DNA from: Bacteroidota bacterium
GTDB lineage: Bacteria > Bacteroidota > Ignavibacteria > UBA10030 > SZUA-254
Reading direction: 5' to 3'
Assembly (NCBI GenBank): GCA_033854175.1
Contig: JAWOKN010000018.1
Location: forward strand, 22,039 to 86,038
Length of the DNA: 64,000 nt
In this document: positions 40,132 through 50,215 of the stretch, piece after piece
Layout of the letters: each line of letters begins with the position of its first letter
Numbering within the stretch: position 1 is the first letter of the stretch
The notes under the pieces: model-generated
The model's input: the letters and a program-made list of their open reading frames with translations, nothing else
Database searches by the model: none
Told to the model about the DNA's origin: nothing
Made by a program: the position numbers and the translations under genes

Positions 40132-41057
40132 TGGGACCCCCCACCGGAACTGCGGCCGGACCCGACAAGATCGAGAAAAATGGCCTGCAGCGACGGTTCC
40201 GCAATTTCAAACCTGCGGATTTCGATCGCAGGCGAGCGGTCTGCTATCGCATGCAGTAAACCGGTGGACGACGCGCCGTCAGCAAGCACAATTTCGGCGG
40301 AGTTCTCGTACACATACGCGCTGAGTACACCGGGAAGCGCCCTCAGAAAGTCACCGTTTCCCTCATACTCGAGCTGGATCGATTGTCTCCCGTATTTCCT
40401 TTTGACATCCGACAGCCGGCCGTCGATCACAACCTGACCCTTGTTGATCAGCGAAATCGTATCGCAGAGCTTGTCTGCCTGCTCCATTTGATGGGTGGAA
40501 AAGATGATCGCCCTCCCCTCCCTCTTGAGCTCCATCAATATCTCCGTGAGCACGATCTGGTTGATGGGGTCGAGACCCGAAAAAGGCTCATCGAGGATGA
40601 TCAGCCGCGGCTCGTGGAGAACCGAGATGATGAACTGGACTTTCTGCTGGTTACCCTTCGAGAGCTCCTCGACTTTCCTGTTGTAATACTCCAGAAGATT
40701 GAAACGCTTCAGGAGGTCATAGGCTCTCCGTTTTCCCTCGGCGACGGGAATACCGCGGAGATGGGCAAAATAGAGAATTGTGTTGATCAGGGAACTCTTC
40801 CGATATAAACCGCGCTCCTCCGGAAGATAACCGATGGTGTTCCTGACCTCATCCGAAAACTCCCTTCCCGCATACGTGATGCGTCCCGCGTCAGGCTGGA
40901 TGATGTTCAGAATCATCCTGATCGTGGTCGTCTTCCCCGCACCGTTCGGACCGAGGAGCCCGAGTATTTGGCCGCCGCCGACGTTCAGGGACACGTTGTC
41001 GACCGCCAGCACCGTTGAGTACTGCTTCCTGATATGGGAAACTTCAAGCATGAACAA
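40128..41057 (-). CDS. ABC transporter ATP-binding protein
   Basis: 309 aa. Walker A GPNGAGKTTT, signature LSKGNQQKV, Walker B ILDEPFSGLD, and a C-terminal accessory domain. Confidence 0.9.
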   Translation of the reverse strand: MFMLEVSHIRKQYSTVLAVDNVSLNVGGGQILGLLGPNGAGKTTTIRMILNIIQPDAGRITYAGREFSDEVRNTIGYLPEERGLYRKSSLINTILYFAHLRGIPVAEGKRRAYDLLKRFNLLEYYNRKVEELSKGNQQKVQFIISVLHEPRLIILDEPFSGLDPINQIVLTEILMELKREGRAIIFSTHQMEQADKLCDTISLINKGQVVIDGRLSDVKRKYGRQSIQLEYEGNGDFLRALPGVLSAYVYENSAEIVLADGASSTGLLHAIADRSPAIEIRRFEIAEPSLQAIFLDLVGSGRSSGGGSQ

Positions 41058-42353
41058 TCAGGGCTGCAACCGGTAAATCATGCGGGGGAAGGGGATCGTC
41101 TCCCGGATATGCTCAAGACCGCAGATCCAGGCCACCGTACGCTCGATCCCCAGACCGAAACCCGAATGGGGAACTGACCCGTACCTGCGCAGATCGAGAT
41201 ACCATTCGAACGCTGCCTGCGGGAGCTTGTGTTCCTTGAGGCGCTGAAGAAGGATATCGTAATCGTCTTCACGCTGGCTCCCGCCGATGATCTCACCATA
41301 CCCCTCCGGCGCAAGTACATCCATCGCCAGCGCAAGGTCCGGATTTTCGGGATCGCGTTTCATGTAGAAGGCTTTGATCCCCGCGGGATACCGGTGCACG
41401 ATGACCGGTCTGTCAAACTTCTCGGAGATCACCGTTTCATCGGTTCCGCCGAAATCGTTGCCCCATTCAAAATCCACACCTTTTGAATGCAGGATCTCGA
41501 CAGCCTCGCTGTAGGATATCCGCGGCAACGGCTTTTTGACATTTTCAAGAAATTTCGTGTTGCGCTCCAGCACCTGCAATTCCTGGCGGCGGTTGCTGAG
41601 TACGGAACCGACGATGTGTTCAAGGAATTCTTCGGCCAGTTCCATGTTATCAGCCAGATCGTTGAACGCTACCTCGGGTTCAACCATCCAGAACTCTGTC
41701 AGATGCCTCCGGGTTTTGGATTTTTCCGCCCTGAACGTCGGACCGAAAACATAAATCTTTCCCAAAGCCATCGCACCCGCCTCCCCGTACAATTGACCCG
41801 ACTGCGTGAGGTACGCTTTTCCAAGGTCAAAATAATCGGTCTCAAAGAGCGTCGATGTTCCTTCGCATGCGGCAGGTGTGAAAATCGGCGCGTCGACAAG
41901 GATAAATCCCCGCGTATCGAAAAACTCCCGGATTGCACTGATGATCTGATGGCGTATCCGTAAGATCGCGTTCTGACGCTGGGACCTGAGCCAGAGATGC
42001 CGGTGATCCATCAGAAATTCAACTCCATGCTCCTTCGGGGTGATCGGATACTCTTTCGCGATGTTGTAAATCCTCATCCCCGAGAGTTCCATTTCATACC
42101 CTCCCGGTGCCCGCGCATCCTTTTTAACCTTGCCCGTCACGCTCAGGGAGGTCTCCTGCGTCAACCTGTCAAACGAATCAAAGATCTCGTCGGCGACCAA
42201 TCCCTTGACCATGACACACTGCAGCAACCCCGTCCCGTCGCGCAGGATGACGAAACGGATTTTCCCGCTCGAACGTTTGTTGTACACCCACCCCTGAATC
42301 GTGACAGGCTCTCCGACATAGTGTCCGAGATCTTCAATATAGATGCGAGACAT
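41058..42353 (-). CDS. asnS: asparagine--tRNA ligase
   Basis: 431 aa class IIb aaRS. Clear AsnS matches ([21 protein letters not shown]; [21 protein letters not shown]); the length fits AsnS rather than AspS. Confidence 0.9.
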   Translation of the reverse strand: MSRIYIEDLGHYVGEPVTIQGWVYNKRSSGKIRFVILRDGTGLLQCVMVKGLVADEIFDSFDRLTQETSLSVTGKVKKDARAPGGYEMELSGMRIYNIAKEYPITPKEHGVEFLMDHRHLWLRSQRQNAILRIRHQIISAIREFFDTRGFILVDAPIFTPAACEGTSTLFETDYFDLGKAYLTQSGQLYGEAGAMALGKIYVFGPTFRAEKSKTRRHLTEFWMVEPEVAFNDLADNMELAEEFLEHIVGSVLSNRRQELQVLERNTKFLENVKKPLPRISYSEAVEILHSKGVDFEWGNDFGGTDETVISEKFDRPVIVHRYPAGIKAFYMKRDPENPDLALAMDVLAPEGYGEIIGGSQREDDYDILLQRLKEHKLPQAAFEWYLDLRRYGSVPHSGFGLGIERTVAWICGLEHIRETIPFPRMIYRLQP

Positions 42354-42444
42354 AGAATTCTTGATGTTCTGGTGAGAAAACTCTGAATATACAAAAGAAT
42401 CCGGAGATCTTCAACGCGCGGCCATTCCCCTCCCCGAAGGAGGC

Positions 42445-43299
42445 TTACCGGCGATCCCGCTCGATTCTTGCCAGTTCCTTCAGTACGAGCGCAACATCCT
42501 CATCCAGGAAATGACGCGAGAGCCTCCTGGCACGCCGGATGTCGTTCTGATCAATCTCGGTGAAAAGAAGTTCCTCCTTGAAGTACTTTGCCCTGACAAG
42601 GACGTCACCGGACGGAGTGACGACTTCCGACCCTCCCCAGAAATTAATCCCGTCCTCATACCCCACCCTGTTACAAAAAACGATGTGGGTGCTGAGAAGG
42701 CGGGCAATCGCCTGGTGCTGCACACTGTTGACCTGAGCGATGTGCGGGTCCGGATCAGTTCCGGATAACCGGGTCGGGCTTGCTGCGATGCAAAAAATCA
42801 CCTCCGCACCATCCAGGGCAAGGAGATAGGGAAGTGCAAGATGCCAAAGATCCTCGCAGATCAGCACCCCTATCCTGCCTATCGGGGAATCAAACGCCCG
42901 GACGGATGTCCCCCTGCTGAAGTAGCGCGCCTCCTCGAACATGCCATAGGTCGGGGGATAAATCTTCCTGTGGACGGTCCGCACCGTGCCGCGGTCAAAG
43001 AGAAACGCGGCATTGTGTATTCCGTACGATGCAGATTCTTCCACACCCCCCGCAAGTATCGTGCAATCCGTGCTCTCTCCGGCGATCGCCGAAAGGGCCG
43101 GCGCATCATCAGTCCGGAGTGCAAGATTCCAGTTCAGATCCTTGATCGAATAGCCGGTAAGACTCAGTTCGGGGAAAACGACAAAATCGGCACCTCCTTC
43201 TTTCGCCCGGCGGATCGCCTCGATGTGCGTTGCGCAGTTTTTTTTAATGTCCCCGACAGCGGTATCGATCTGGGCAATGGCAATTGTCCGTATAGTCAT
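42445..43299 (-). CDS. carbon-nitrogen hydrolase family protein (nitrilase/omega-amidase-like)
   Basis: 284 aa with the catalytic triad context E (VVFPELSLTGY), K and C (VLICEDLWH). Confidence 0.85.
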   Translation of the reverse strand: MTIRTIAIAQIDTAVGDIKKNCATHIEAIRRAKEGGADFVVFPELSLTGYSIKDLNWNLALRTDDAPALSAIAGESTDCTILAGGVEESASYGIHNAAFLFDRGTVRTVHRKIYPPTYGMFEEARYFSRGTSVRAFDSPIGRIGVLICEDLWHLALPYLLALDGAEVIFCIAASPTRLSGTDPDPHIAQVNSVQHQAIARLLSTHIVFCNRVGYEDGINFWGGSEVVTPSGDVLVRAKYFKEELLFTEIDQNDIRRARRLSRHFLDEDVALVLKELARIERDRR

Positions 43300-43409
43300 C
43301 CTGCAACGGTCCTTTCCGGATGTACGATCATGTGCTTTTCTGGCAGTTGATGGTGGAGCAAGGGTCGGAACTTTCTCGCCCTGGCGCCGACGAGGTGTCG
43401 CCGCAAGGG

Positions 43410-44084
43410 CTACGAGAGGTCGAGCATTTTGATGTCTTTGATGTACTTGATGGTCTTATCGACCTTCAGGGATTTCAGCTTGTCCAGCTTCGACATGATG
43501 CGGTGGACGTTCTCATCGATGATTTTGATGTAGTTCTTGTGCGCCTCCAGGTTCGGCTGGCGCTTGAATTCTTCTGTGATATCGAACATTTCACTGAGCG
43601 GGGACTCAAAGTCGTGGATCACCCCGGCGAGCGTCTGGTGGATGGCCTTCAGCCGTTCCTGGCTGATTTCAAGTTCGGTTTTCTGCCGTTGAAGCCGGTA
43701 TTTTTCCACAATCCTCAGGACCGTCTTTGGCAAGATCGGAGAGGAGATTTCTTCCTTGACAAGATAATCATCGACACCGAGCTTCATCACATCCAGCGCG
43801 AGGTCAAAATCCTTGTTGACGGTGAGAAAGACAATCGGGACCGAGATCCGTTTCCCCTTGATGTCTTTTGTGATCTCCAGGCCGTTCTTCCCGGGGAGAA
43901 AATAATCCATCAGGACGATGTCGATACCGGTGTTCTGCTCCAGTTCCTTCATGGCATCGGCGTGATTTTCCTTCCAGATCACCTCGAACAGGTTTTTTTG
44001 GAAGCGCTGGAGATAGGCCTGTACGAGCTTCGCGAAGTCTTTGTTATCCTCGACCAGGAGGATCCGAATTATCGATGTTTCCAC
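43410..44084 (-). CDS. response regulator with a C-terminal HisKA-like (DHp) domain and no ATPase domain
   Basis: 224 aa. REC domain (LLVEDNKDFAKL...DIVLMDYFLPGKNG...VFLTVNKD) followed by a helical region with an H-box-like motif LAGVIHDFESPLSEMFDITEE (compare SHELRTPL of HisKA). No HATPase_c motifs. Confidence 0.75.
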   Translation of the reverse strand: METSIIRILLVEDNKDFAKLVQAYLQRFQKNLFEVIWKENHADAMKELEQNTGIDIVLMDYFLPGKNGLEITKDIKGKRISVPIVFLTVNKDFDLALDVMKLGVDDYLVKEEISSPILPKTVLRIVEKYRLQRQKTELEISQERLKAIHQTLAGVIHDFESPLSEMFDITEEFKRQPNLEAHKNYIKIIDENVHRIMSKLDKLKSLKVDKTIKYIKDIKMLDLS

Positions 44085-44093
44085 GCTATGTCT

Positions 44094-47000
44094 CTAGGGC
44101 AGTTGTGTCATGGGCAGCGTCAGGAAAAAGGTCGAACCGACTCCGATCTCGGATTCGACCCAGATCGCGCCTTTGTGCATTTCAATGATTTTTTTCACGA
44201 TCGCAAGACCCGCACCGCTTCCTTCATATTCCTCACGCCGGTGAAGCCGTTGAAAAATGACGAAGATCTTGCCAAAATACTCCTTTTCAATGCCGATGCC
44301 GTTGTCCTTCACCCAAAAAAGATAATAATTATTTTCCGCATTTCGAAATCCGACCTCCACAACAGGTTCCGGCTTGTCATTGAACTTGATCGCATTACCG
44401 ATGAGATTCCGAAAGACGATTTTCAGGTGGATCTCATTCCCCCAGACATCCGGGAGGTTTTCAGGCACCTGAAACCGGACATTGCGCTTGGTGATGATGA
44501 ATTTCATGTCGGCCAGGGTTTCCTGGATGACGCCGTTCATCGACACGGACCGGTAGGCCTCGGATGGCCGGCTGAGCCGGGAGAGAAGAAGAAGATCGTC
44601 GATAAGCCCCTTCATCCTCGTCGTCGCCCCAACGATCGACAACAGATATTCCCTCCCCTCCTCCTGAAACATGTCCCGGTAATCGTCTTGGAGTATCCTG
44701 CTGAATCCCTCGATGCTGATCAAAGGCTCCTTCAGGTCATGGGAGACGACATAGGTAAAATCGTCCAGTTCCTTGTTTCGCCGCTGGATTTCCTCCGATA
44801 TGTGTATCGTCTCCTCGTACAATTTTCCCTTGTCAAGCGCAATCGCGGCAAGGTTGGCGACGTTCTCCAGGGTGTACCGCTGGTGTTCGCCATACGGCTC
44901 GTCAGGCGCCCCGTGGAGCGTGATCACGCCGGTGATCGCCTCTTTTGAGAGCATCGGAACCGACAGGACCGACTGATCCTCGTTGATGAACGAGCGCCGG
45001 AACGAGATCGCCCGATGCTCGGGTGAATCGTACGGAAATTCAGTCAGGGGAGTGGAGGTGAACGTCTGGACATCACCCGACGGGGTGCAGACGACCTCGT
45101 GCTGAACCGAATGTGTGGGATTTGCCTCATCATAGGACATAAGACCGAATCTTCTATAGGGAATGAGGCGGAAAATATTCTGCGCGACAATCGTGATGAT
45201 CCGGTCGATCTCCAGCGCCGAGGTGAGCTGCTGGCTGAGTTCATACAGCGCGGTCAGACTGTCAATTTGCGAGCGCAACTCGCTGTATAACCGCGCAGCC
45301 TCGATCGCGGAGCCCAGCTGGCTTCCCACAAGCGTCAGGATCTGACGGTCCTGCTCAGAAAACTGAGTCGGTTGACCATAGAAAAAATCCAGCGCCCCGG
45401 TGACATTATCCTTCGACAGGAGCGGAATCACCGCCATCGACTCGTACGACAGATTCCGAAGAACCTGGCGGTTGTGTGCAAGGATTCTCTGATCCTCATA
45501 GGCGCGCCGTTCGACGTACAGCGGTTCGCGCATGTCGATCACGGTACCCGTCAGCGAGTTATTCCTCTTCAGACGCGCCAGGGACTGAAATACGGATTCC
45601 TCAAAACCGATCTGCATGGCCGCAGTCAGCTCCTCGGATCCCGTCCGCGTGAGATAGACGATGACCGCCTCCGCTCCGCTCACAAGACGCAACAGGGGAA
45701 GAGAGGCGTCGAGCATCTCATCCAGGCTCCGGGAGGTGCTTACGCGGGAGGAGATTTCCGTCAGTAACAACAACTGATCGTTGAACCGGCGCAGCTGCGA
45801 TTCGCTGTCTTTCAGAGCCGTGATGTCAGTGTAGGTAAACACCAGGCCGCTGATACCCCCGCCGTTACCCATCGGATTCACGGTAATCTGATATATCCTC
45901 CCCGCCGGGGATCCGTGGAACATGTATTCATCCGAGTAGATCGCAAGCGTCCCATCCAGCAGACGCGGGATGACATCCCGCAGGGTTTCACGCAGGGACG
46001 CATCCGGCAGAACATCGAAGAGATGCTTTCCCGTGTATTCACCCTCTACCTGTGAGCCGGATTCGAGCACAAACTGATGCCCGGCATGATTGACCTCGCG
46101 TATTCTGCAATCCCTGTCGACGGTGATGACAATGTTGTCGACGGAATCGAGCAGACTCCGGATGTAGGTCGAGTCGTCCCGCACCTGGCGGAAGAGCTGG
46201 ATGCGATCAATGATCGCCCCGAGGTGCTGGATGATCGGCTGCAGGAGTTCGGCATGACTGCTGTTGTATGCCCCTTGCGTGCCGTATGCGACGTTCAGCG
46301 TCCCGGCCACCTTTCCCTTCAGCAGAATCGGAACACATAACTGTGAACGCATCCCCCCACTCAGGCTTACCAGCTCGCGATAGACCGGCTCCGCGAGAAG
46401 ATCGTCGACAATCATCGGCCTTGCATCGGACAGGACATTCCGGGAGAGGGTTTTTTCGAGCGGGATGCGGTCTCCCTGCTTCACGACCGATGTGCCCGCA
46501 ACCGCATACATCAGAAGGGCCGTATGATCCTCCGTGAACAATCCTATCGAAAGAGCATCAAACGGAAGGAGTTTCCCGATTTCATCCTTCAACAGGGAAA
46601 ACACCTCCTCGAAATCGTTCGTCTCGTTTGCCTTGCCGACGATGCGGTTGATCAGCTCAATCTGCGTGTTGCGGTGCTCAAGATCCTTCATTAACCGGAT
46701 TCTCTCGGTGATATCCCGAGCCACATTGAGCATCCCGACCGGCTGACCCGACGCACCCCGCAGGAGCGTCGTGCTGACACTCACCGGGATCCTGTCACCG
46801 TCCCTTGTTTGCCAGGTCATGTCAAAATCATGGAGCCATTTTTTCTCCCTCAGCGAGGCTATCCACAGGACGTAACGTCCCATCTCCTCTTCCATAAGCC
46901 AGGGATACGGAAACTTGCATCCGGTTGCCTCAGCAGGGGAAAATCCCAAAACGGTTTCAAACGAGCGGTTGAATTGTTGAACCGCCCCCTCCAGATCGGT

Positions 47001-50000
47001 GATCATGACTATATCACCCATCGTATCGAGCACATTCCGTAATACCTGCTCCGAATTCTGAATGGCCTCCTCCCGCAGCCTGCCCGATGTTATGTCAGTA
47101 AAAAGACAGATGACACCCGAGTGGACACCAAGGTTGTTTTTCAGAACCGTAATCCGTATGCGGTAGTACCGCGCGTCTTTCTCCGATCTTCCCCCGAGCC
47201 GGATCTCCTCCTGCCGGGGAGCGCCATCCGCAACCGTCTGCCGCATCACCGCCAGCATATGCTCTCCGGTATCCGCGGGAAAGAGGTTTGTCACCGGTTT
47301 TCCACGAAGTGCATGAAAGGGCCGCTTTGTTATTTCCTCGGTCCGCTGATTGGCATACGAGATCAGATAATCATTGCCGCAGACGACAACCGGTCCGTCA
47401 ATCCCCGCAAGTACCGCTTCCCGTTCCCCCAGGGTTTCACCGAGCTCCTGCATCGCCTTCTTCTCCTGAGTGACATCCCTCACCGTCCCGACCAGGCTGC
47501 GGATCGATCCATCCTTCCCCCGCAGAATTGTCAGCCTGTCAAGAACCGTGAGATAGGTCGCTTTCCCCTTCGGCATCATCCGGTACTCGATGACGGGGGC
47601 GGCAGGTAATTCTTCGAGTCGCGTGATCCGTTCCAGGAGAAGGCGTTTGTCGTCGGGATGAACGAGGCTTATCCAGAGAGACCGGTTGCGCTGAAATTCC
47701 TTTGGTGCATGGCCGAGGAGCGCCTCCACGGTGTCGCTCAGATACTCGTACCGCCCTTCTGCAGTGAGACGGTAGTGTATCTCCTCACCCGTGTCCACGA
47801 GATGATGGTACTGCGCAACGGCTTGCTCAAGATGCAGCAGGGCCGCCGCGGAGTCGATGATCGCTCCGAGTTCCTTTCCCAGCAGGCTATACAGCCGCTT
47901 CGCGTAAACGGGTCCCGACCCCCCCGTGCCGCTCACACCGAGCAGCATGATACCCAGCGCACTCTCGTGCGATAGGAGGGGTATGAGACAGATTGTTTTC
48001 AGATCGGTCGACCGGAAAACTGACCGGTGTGCCAGATACGTCGGATATCGTTCAACCTGAATGAGATGGGGTTCCTTCGTTTTCGCAAGATAGCCGCCGA
48101 TACCTTCATCCGCAGGCAACTGCGATAATTTCTCGTGAAGGATCGGGGGGAGATGGCGCGATGTTTTGATGCTGAATTCTTTCCCGCCCTCCCCCCGGAC
48201 ATAGATCGCACCGCAGGTCCAGTGAAAAATGTCCAGAAATTTATGCAGCGACGACTGAAGGATCTTCTGGAAGTCACCCTTTGCATGAAAGGTGGTGACG
48301 ATCTCGTTGAGAAAATCCACCTCCATGCCGAGCTGCCGCGCCTCACCGACAAGCCGGGCGGTTTCCGTGACATCCGCATAGGAGAACAGCAGACGGCCGT
48401 CGGCGTGATCCAGGGGGGTGACGGTGACCTCCACGATCCGCCGTTCATCACCTGTCTGTTTTGCGGTAAACCTGTGCGTGACACATCCGCTTTTTTGAAA
48501 ATTCCGCCGGGAGCATTTTTCCGGGATCCACTCCCCGATTGGTTCCTCCTCGATAACCGCGTGTGGCCGGCCGTAGATCTCCTCTCCCGCCGCAATGCCG
48601 AAATACTTCAGGAATGCGGGATTGCAGTACCTGAACAATCCCTCTTGGAGGATGGCCAGCGGCGAGGGCGCGGCATCGGCAAGTTTCGAAAACAATTCCT
48701 CGCGCCTGGCAACCTGTTCACGGATGTCCCGAGCAGCCGTAAGATCAATACAGAGGATCTGCAGGCACGCCGCACCCTGATACACCACCGAGGATGACGA
48801 GAGACGGCAGTAGGCACGGCGGCCGTCTCCCGTCTGAAGCTCGATTTCGGCCGACACAGGGGGATCTCCCGCCCTCCGGCTCAGAATTTCCCTGATCCGC
48901 GCCTGATACCCGGGAGCGCAAATATCCGCAAGAGACTTTCTGAGGATGCTCTCATCAGCTTCATACCGGAATGCGATGCTGAATGCCCTGTTCCTGAAAA
49001 TGATCTTCCGTTCCCGGAGGAGGAGATAGGGATCAGGGATGCCCTGAAGAAACCGTTCGTATTCATCCTCCAGTGCAGCGAAACGGCCCTGCTCCTTCTG
49101 CGTGCGGGTGGTGTCGCGGATGATGGCCCCCGCCAGATCCTCTCCCACCACCGAGAAATGTACCTCAAGGTTCAAAATAGCCTTCTCCCGCCGGTAGGAC
49201 ACCTGAACGGTATCGGATTTCTTTCTCCGGAGGGCGCGGATCGCCCTCAGGAGTTTGAATTTCCCGCCCGGAAGCAGATTCTGAAAACCCTTGTGGAGAA
49301 TGAAGTCATCCCGCCCGAGCTTCAGCAGATCGAGAGTTTCCCCGTTCGGTTCGATGTACCCGCTTTTCAGGTTAACAAGGACAAAGGGGTCGCGAATCTC
49401 ACGGAAAAACGACTCGTAGGGTTCCGTCGGTTCCGTTTTCACCGGCTCCGTCTCAGTTTCCCGCTCACCCGACTCCCCTTTCGACTCCAGGATCATGCGC
49501 CTGAGGGAAACCGGTTCCGGAATTTCCTGGACAGGCTTGTACCGCCCTGCCAGTGAAATCGGATAGAGGAACAGATCATCACCCCGTCCGACGGCATCGA
49601 AGCAGACCGAGGCCGCGTCCTTGATCGCCGCCAGGGATGAGAGTCTGAATGACGTCCTGACCAAACCGCCGAACAGAAGCCACCTTTTTTTGGCAGCCAG
49701 GGATGCAACATACTTCAGCCCTTCTACGACACGCTCCTCACGACCAAACATGCGGATCCAGAGCGACAACTCCCCGAGCAGAAGAATCCTCCGTGCCGGT
49801 ATCGACCGCACGATCCTTTGAAATGAAACCTGGGAGATGACCGAACCCCTGCGGAGGCCTTTCTCTAATCCGAGGCGGCTGTAATGACGGCCCGGCAATC
49901 CCTGCCGGGAATAATCGTGATCCGGGAGAATGTGGACAATGCGCGCAGCCGGCGGAAGAGTATCAAGGAGATAATCCCGCCACCGGCACCACGCCTCGGA

Positions 50001-50102
50001 AGAGGTTGAGATGACGAAAATCGACTCGCCTGTGCGGATACCACCAAGATAGGTATCCAGGTATTTTAAGCTTCCCGAAATAGTATCAGCCGGTATGGCC
50101 AC
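44094..50102 (-). CDS. giant soluble sensor histidine kinase with multiple PAS/GAF domains
   Basis: 2002 aa. C-terminal HisKA H-box (VVSHDLKEPL) and HATPase_c (N-box NLIGNAIKF, G-boxes DNGIGI, GSGAGLAIVKKII). Upstream of these are roughly 8-10 PAS and GAF-like modules separated by coiled-coil linkers. No TM helices and no receiver domain. The N-terminal ~150 aa resemble a RecA/KaiC-fold region lacking a Walker A lysine (ISGSLKYLDTYLGGIRTGESIFVISTSSEAW). The start codon appears to be GTG. Confidence 0.85.
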   Translation of the reverse strand: MAIPADTISGSLKYLDTYLGGIRTGESIFVISTSSEAWCRWRDYLLDTLPPAARIVHILPDHDYSRQGLPGRHYSRLGLEKGLRRGSVISQVSFQRIVRSIPARRILLLGELSLWIRMFGREERVVEGLKYVASLAAKKRWLLFGGLVRTSFRLSSLAAIKDAASVCFDAVGRGDDLFLYPISLAGRYKPVQEIPEPVSLRRMILESKGESGERETETEPVKTEPTEPYESFFREIRDPFVLVNLKSGYIEPNGETLDLLKLGRDDFILHKGFQNLLPGGKFKLLRAIRALRRKKSDTVQVSYRREKAILNLEVHFSVVGEDLAGAIIRDTTRTQKEQGRFAALEDEYERFLQGIPDPYLLLRERKIIFRNRAFSIAFRYEADESILRKSLADICAPGYQARIREILSRRAGDPPVSAEIELQTGDGRRAYCRLSSSSVVYQGAACLQILCIDLTAARDIREQVARREELFSKLADAAPSPLAILQEGLFRYCNPAFLKYFGIAAGEEIYGRPHAVIEEEPIGEWIPEKCSRRNFQKSGCVTHRFTAKQTGDERRIVEVTVTPLDHADGRLLFSYADVTETARLVGEARQLGMEVDFLNEIVTTFHAKGDFQKILQSSLHKFLDIFHWTCGAIYVRGEGGKEFSIKTSRHLPPILHEKLSQLPADEGIGGYLAKTKEPHLIQVERYPTYLAHRSVFRSTDLKTICLIPLLSHESALGIMLLGVSGTGGSGPVYAKRLYSLLGKELGAIIDSAAALLHLEQAVAQYHHLVDTGEEIHYRLTAEGRYEYLSDTVEALLGHAPKEFQRNRSLWISLVHPDDKRLLLERITRLEELPAAPVIEYRMMPKGKATYLTVLDRLTILRGKDGSIRSLVGTVRDVTQEKKAMQELGETLGEREAVLAGIDGPVVVCGNDYLISYANQRTEEITKRPFHALRGKPVTNLFPADTGEHMLAVMRQTVADGAPRQEEIRLGGRSEKDARYYRIRITVLKNNLGVHSGVICLFTDITSGRLREEAIQNSEQVLRNVLDTMGDIVMITDLEGAVQQFNRSFETVLGFSPAEATGCKFPYPWLMEEEMGRYVLWIASLREKKWLHDFDMTWQTRDGDRIPVSVSTTLLRGASGQPVGMLNVARDITERIRLMKDLEHRNTQIELINRIVGKANETNDFEEVFSLLKDEIGKLLPFDALSIGLFTEDHTALLMYAVAGTSVVKQGDRIPLEKTLSRNVLSDARPMIVDDLLAEPVYRELVSLSGGMRSQLCVPILLKGKVAGTLNVAYGTQGAYNSSHAELLQPIIQHLGAIIDRIQLFRQVRDDSTYIRSLLDSVDNIVITVDRDCRIREVNHAGHQFVLESGSQVEGEYTGKHLFDVLPDASLRETLRDVIPRLLDGTLAIYSDEYMFHGSPAGRIYQITVNPMGNGGGISGLVFTYTDITALKDSESQLRRFNDQLLLLTEISSRVSTSRSLDEMLDASLPLLRLVSGAEAVIVYLTRTGSEELTAAMQIGFEESVFQSLARLKRNNSLTGTVIDMREPLYVERRAYEDQRILAHNRQVLRNLSYESMAVIPLLSKDNVTGALDFFYGQPTQFSEQDRQILTLVGSQLGSAIEAARLYSELRSQIDSLTALYELSQQLTSALEIDRIITIVAQNIFRLIPYRRFGLMSYDEANPTHSVQHEVVCTPSGDVQTFTSTPLTEFPYDSPEHRAISFRRSFINEDQSVLSVPMLSKEAITGVITLHGAPDEPYGEHQRYTLENVANLAAIALDKGKLYEETIHISEEIQRRNKELDDFTYVVSHDLKEPLISIEGFSRILQDDYRDMFQEEGREYLLSIVGATTRMKGLIDDLLLLSRLSRPSEAYRSVSMNGVIQETLADMKFIITKRNVRFQVPENLPDVWGNEIHLKIVFRNLIGNAIKFNDKPEPVVEVGFRNAENNYYLFWVKDNGIGIEKEYFGKIFVIFQRLHRREEYEGSGAGLAIVKKIIEMHKGAIWVESEIGVGSTFFLTLPMTQLP

Positions 50103-50146
50103 AAAGCAATCAATCGATAACCAACATGACCGGAGGTCTCAATCCA

Positions 50147-50192
50147 CGATCGTAATAAAATAGAAAGGGCGACCTTATGCAAGTCGCCCTTT
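50147..50192 (-). terminator. rho-independent terminator downstream of the FadL-like OMP gene
   Basis: Minus strand AAAGGGCGAC-UUGCAUAAG-GUCGCCCUUU (10-bp stem) followed by CUAUUUUAUUAC, immediately after the stop at 50216 and upstream of the HK start. Approximate coordinates. Confidence 0.55.
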
Positions 50193-50215
50193 GATAACCC
50201 TGACAGATGGAGGTC

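Noticed and set aside
43320-44948. 542-aa plus-strand ORF
   Set aside because: Antisense to the response regulator and the C-terminal kinase core of the giant HK. It has no recognisable motifs and an Asp/Arg/Leu-rich shadow-frame composition.
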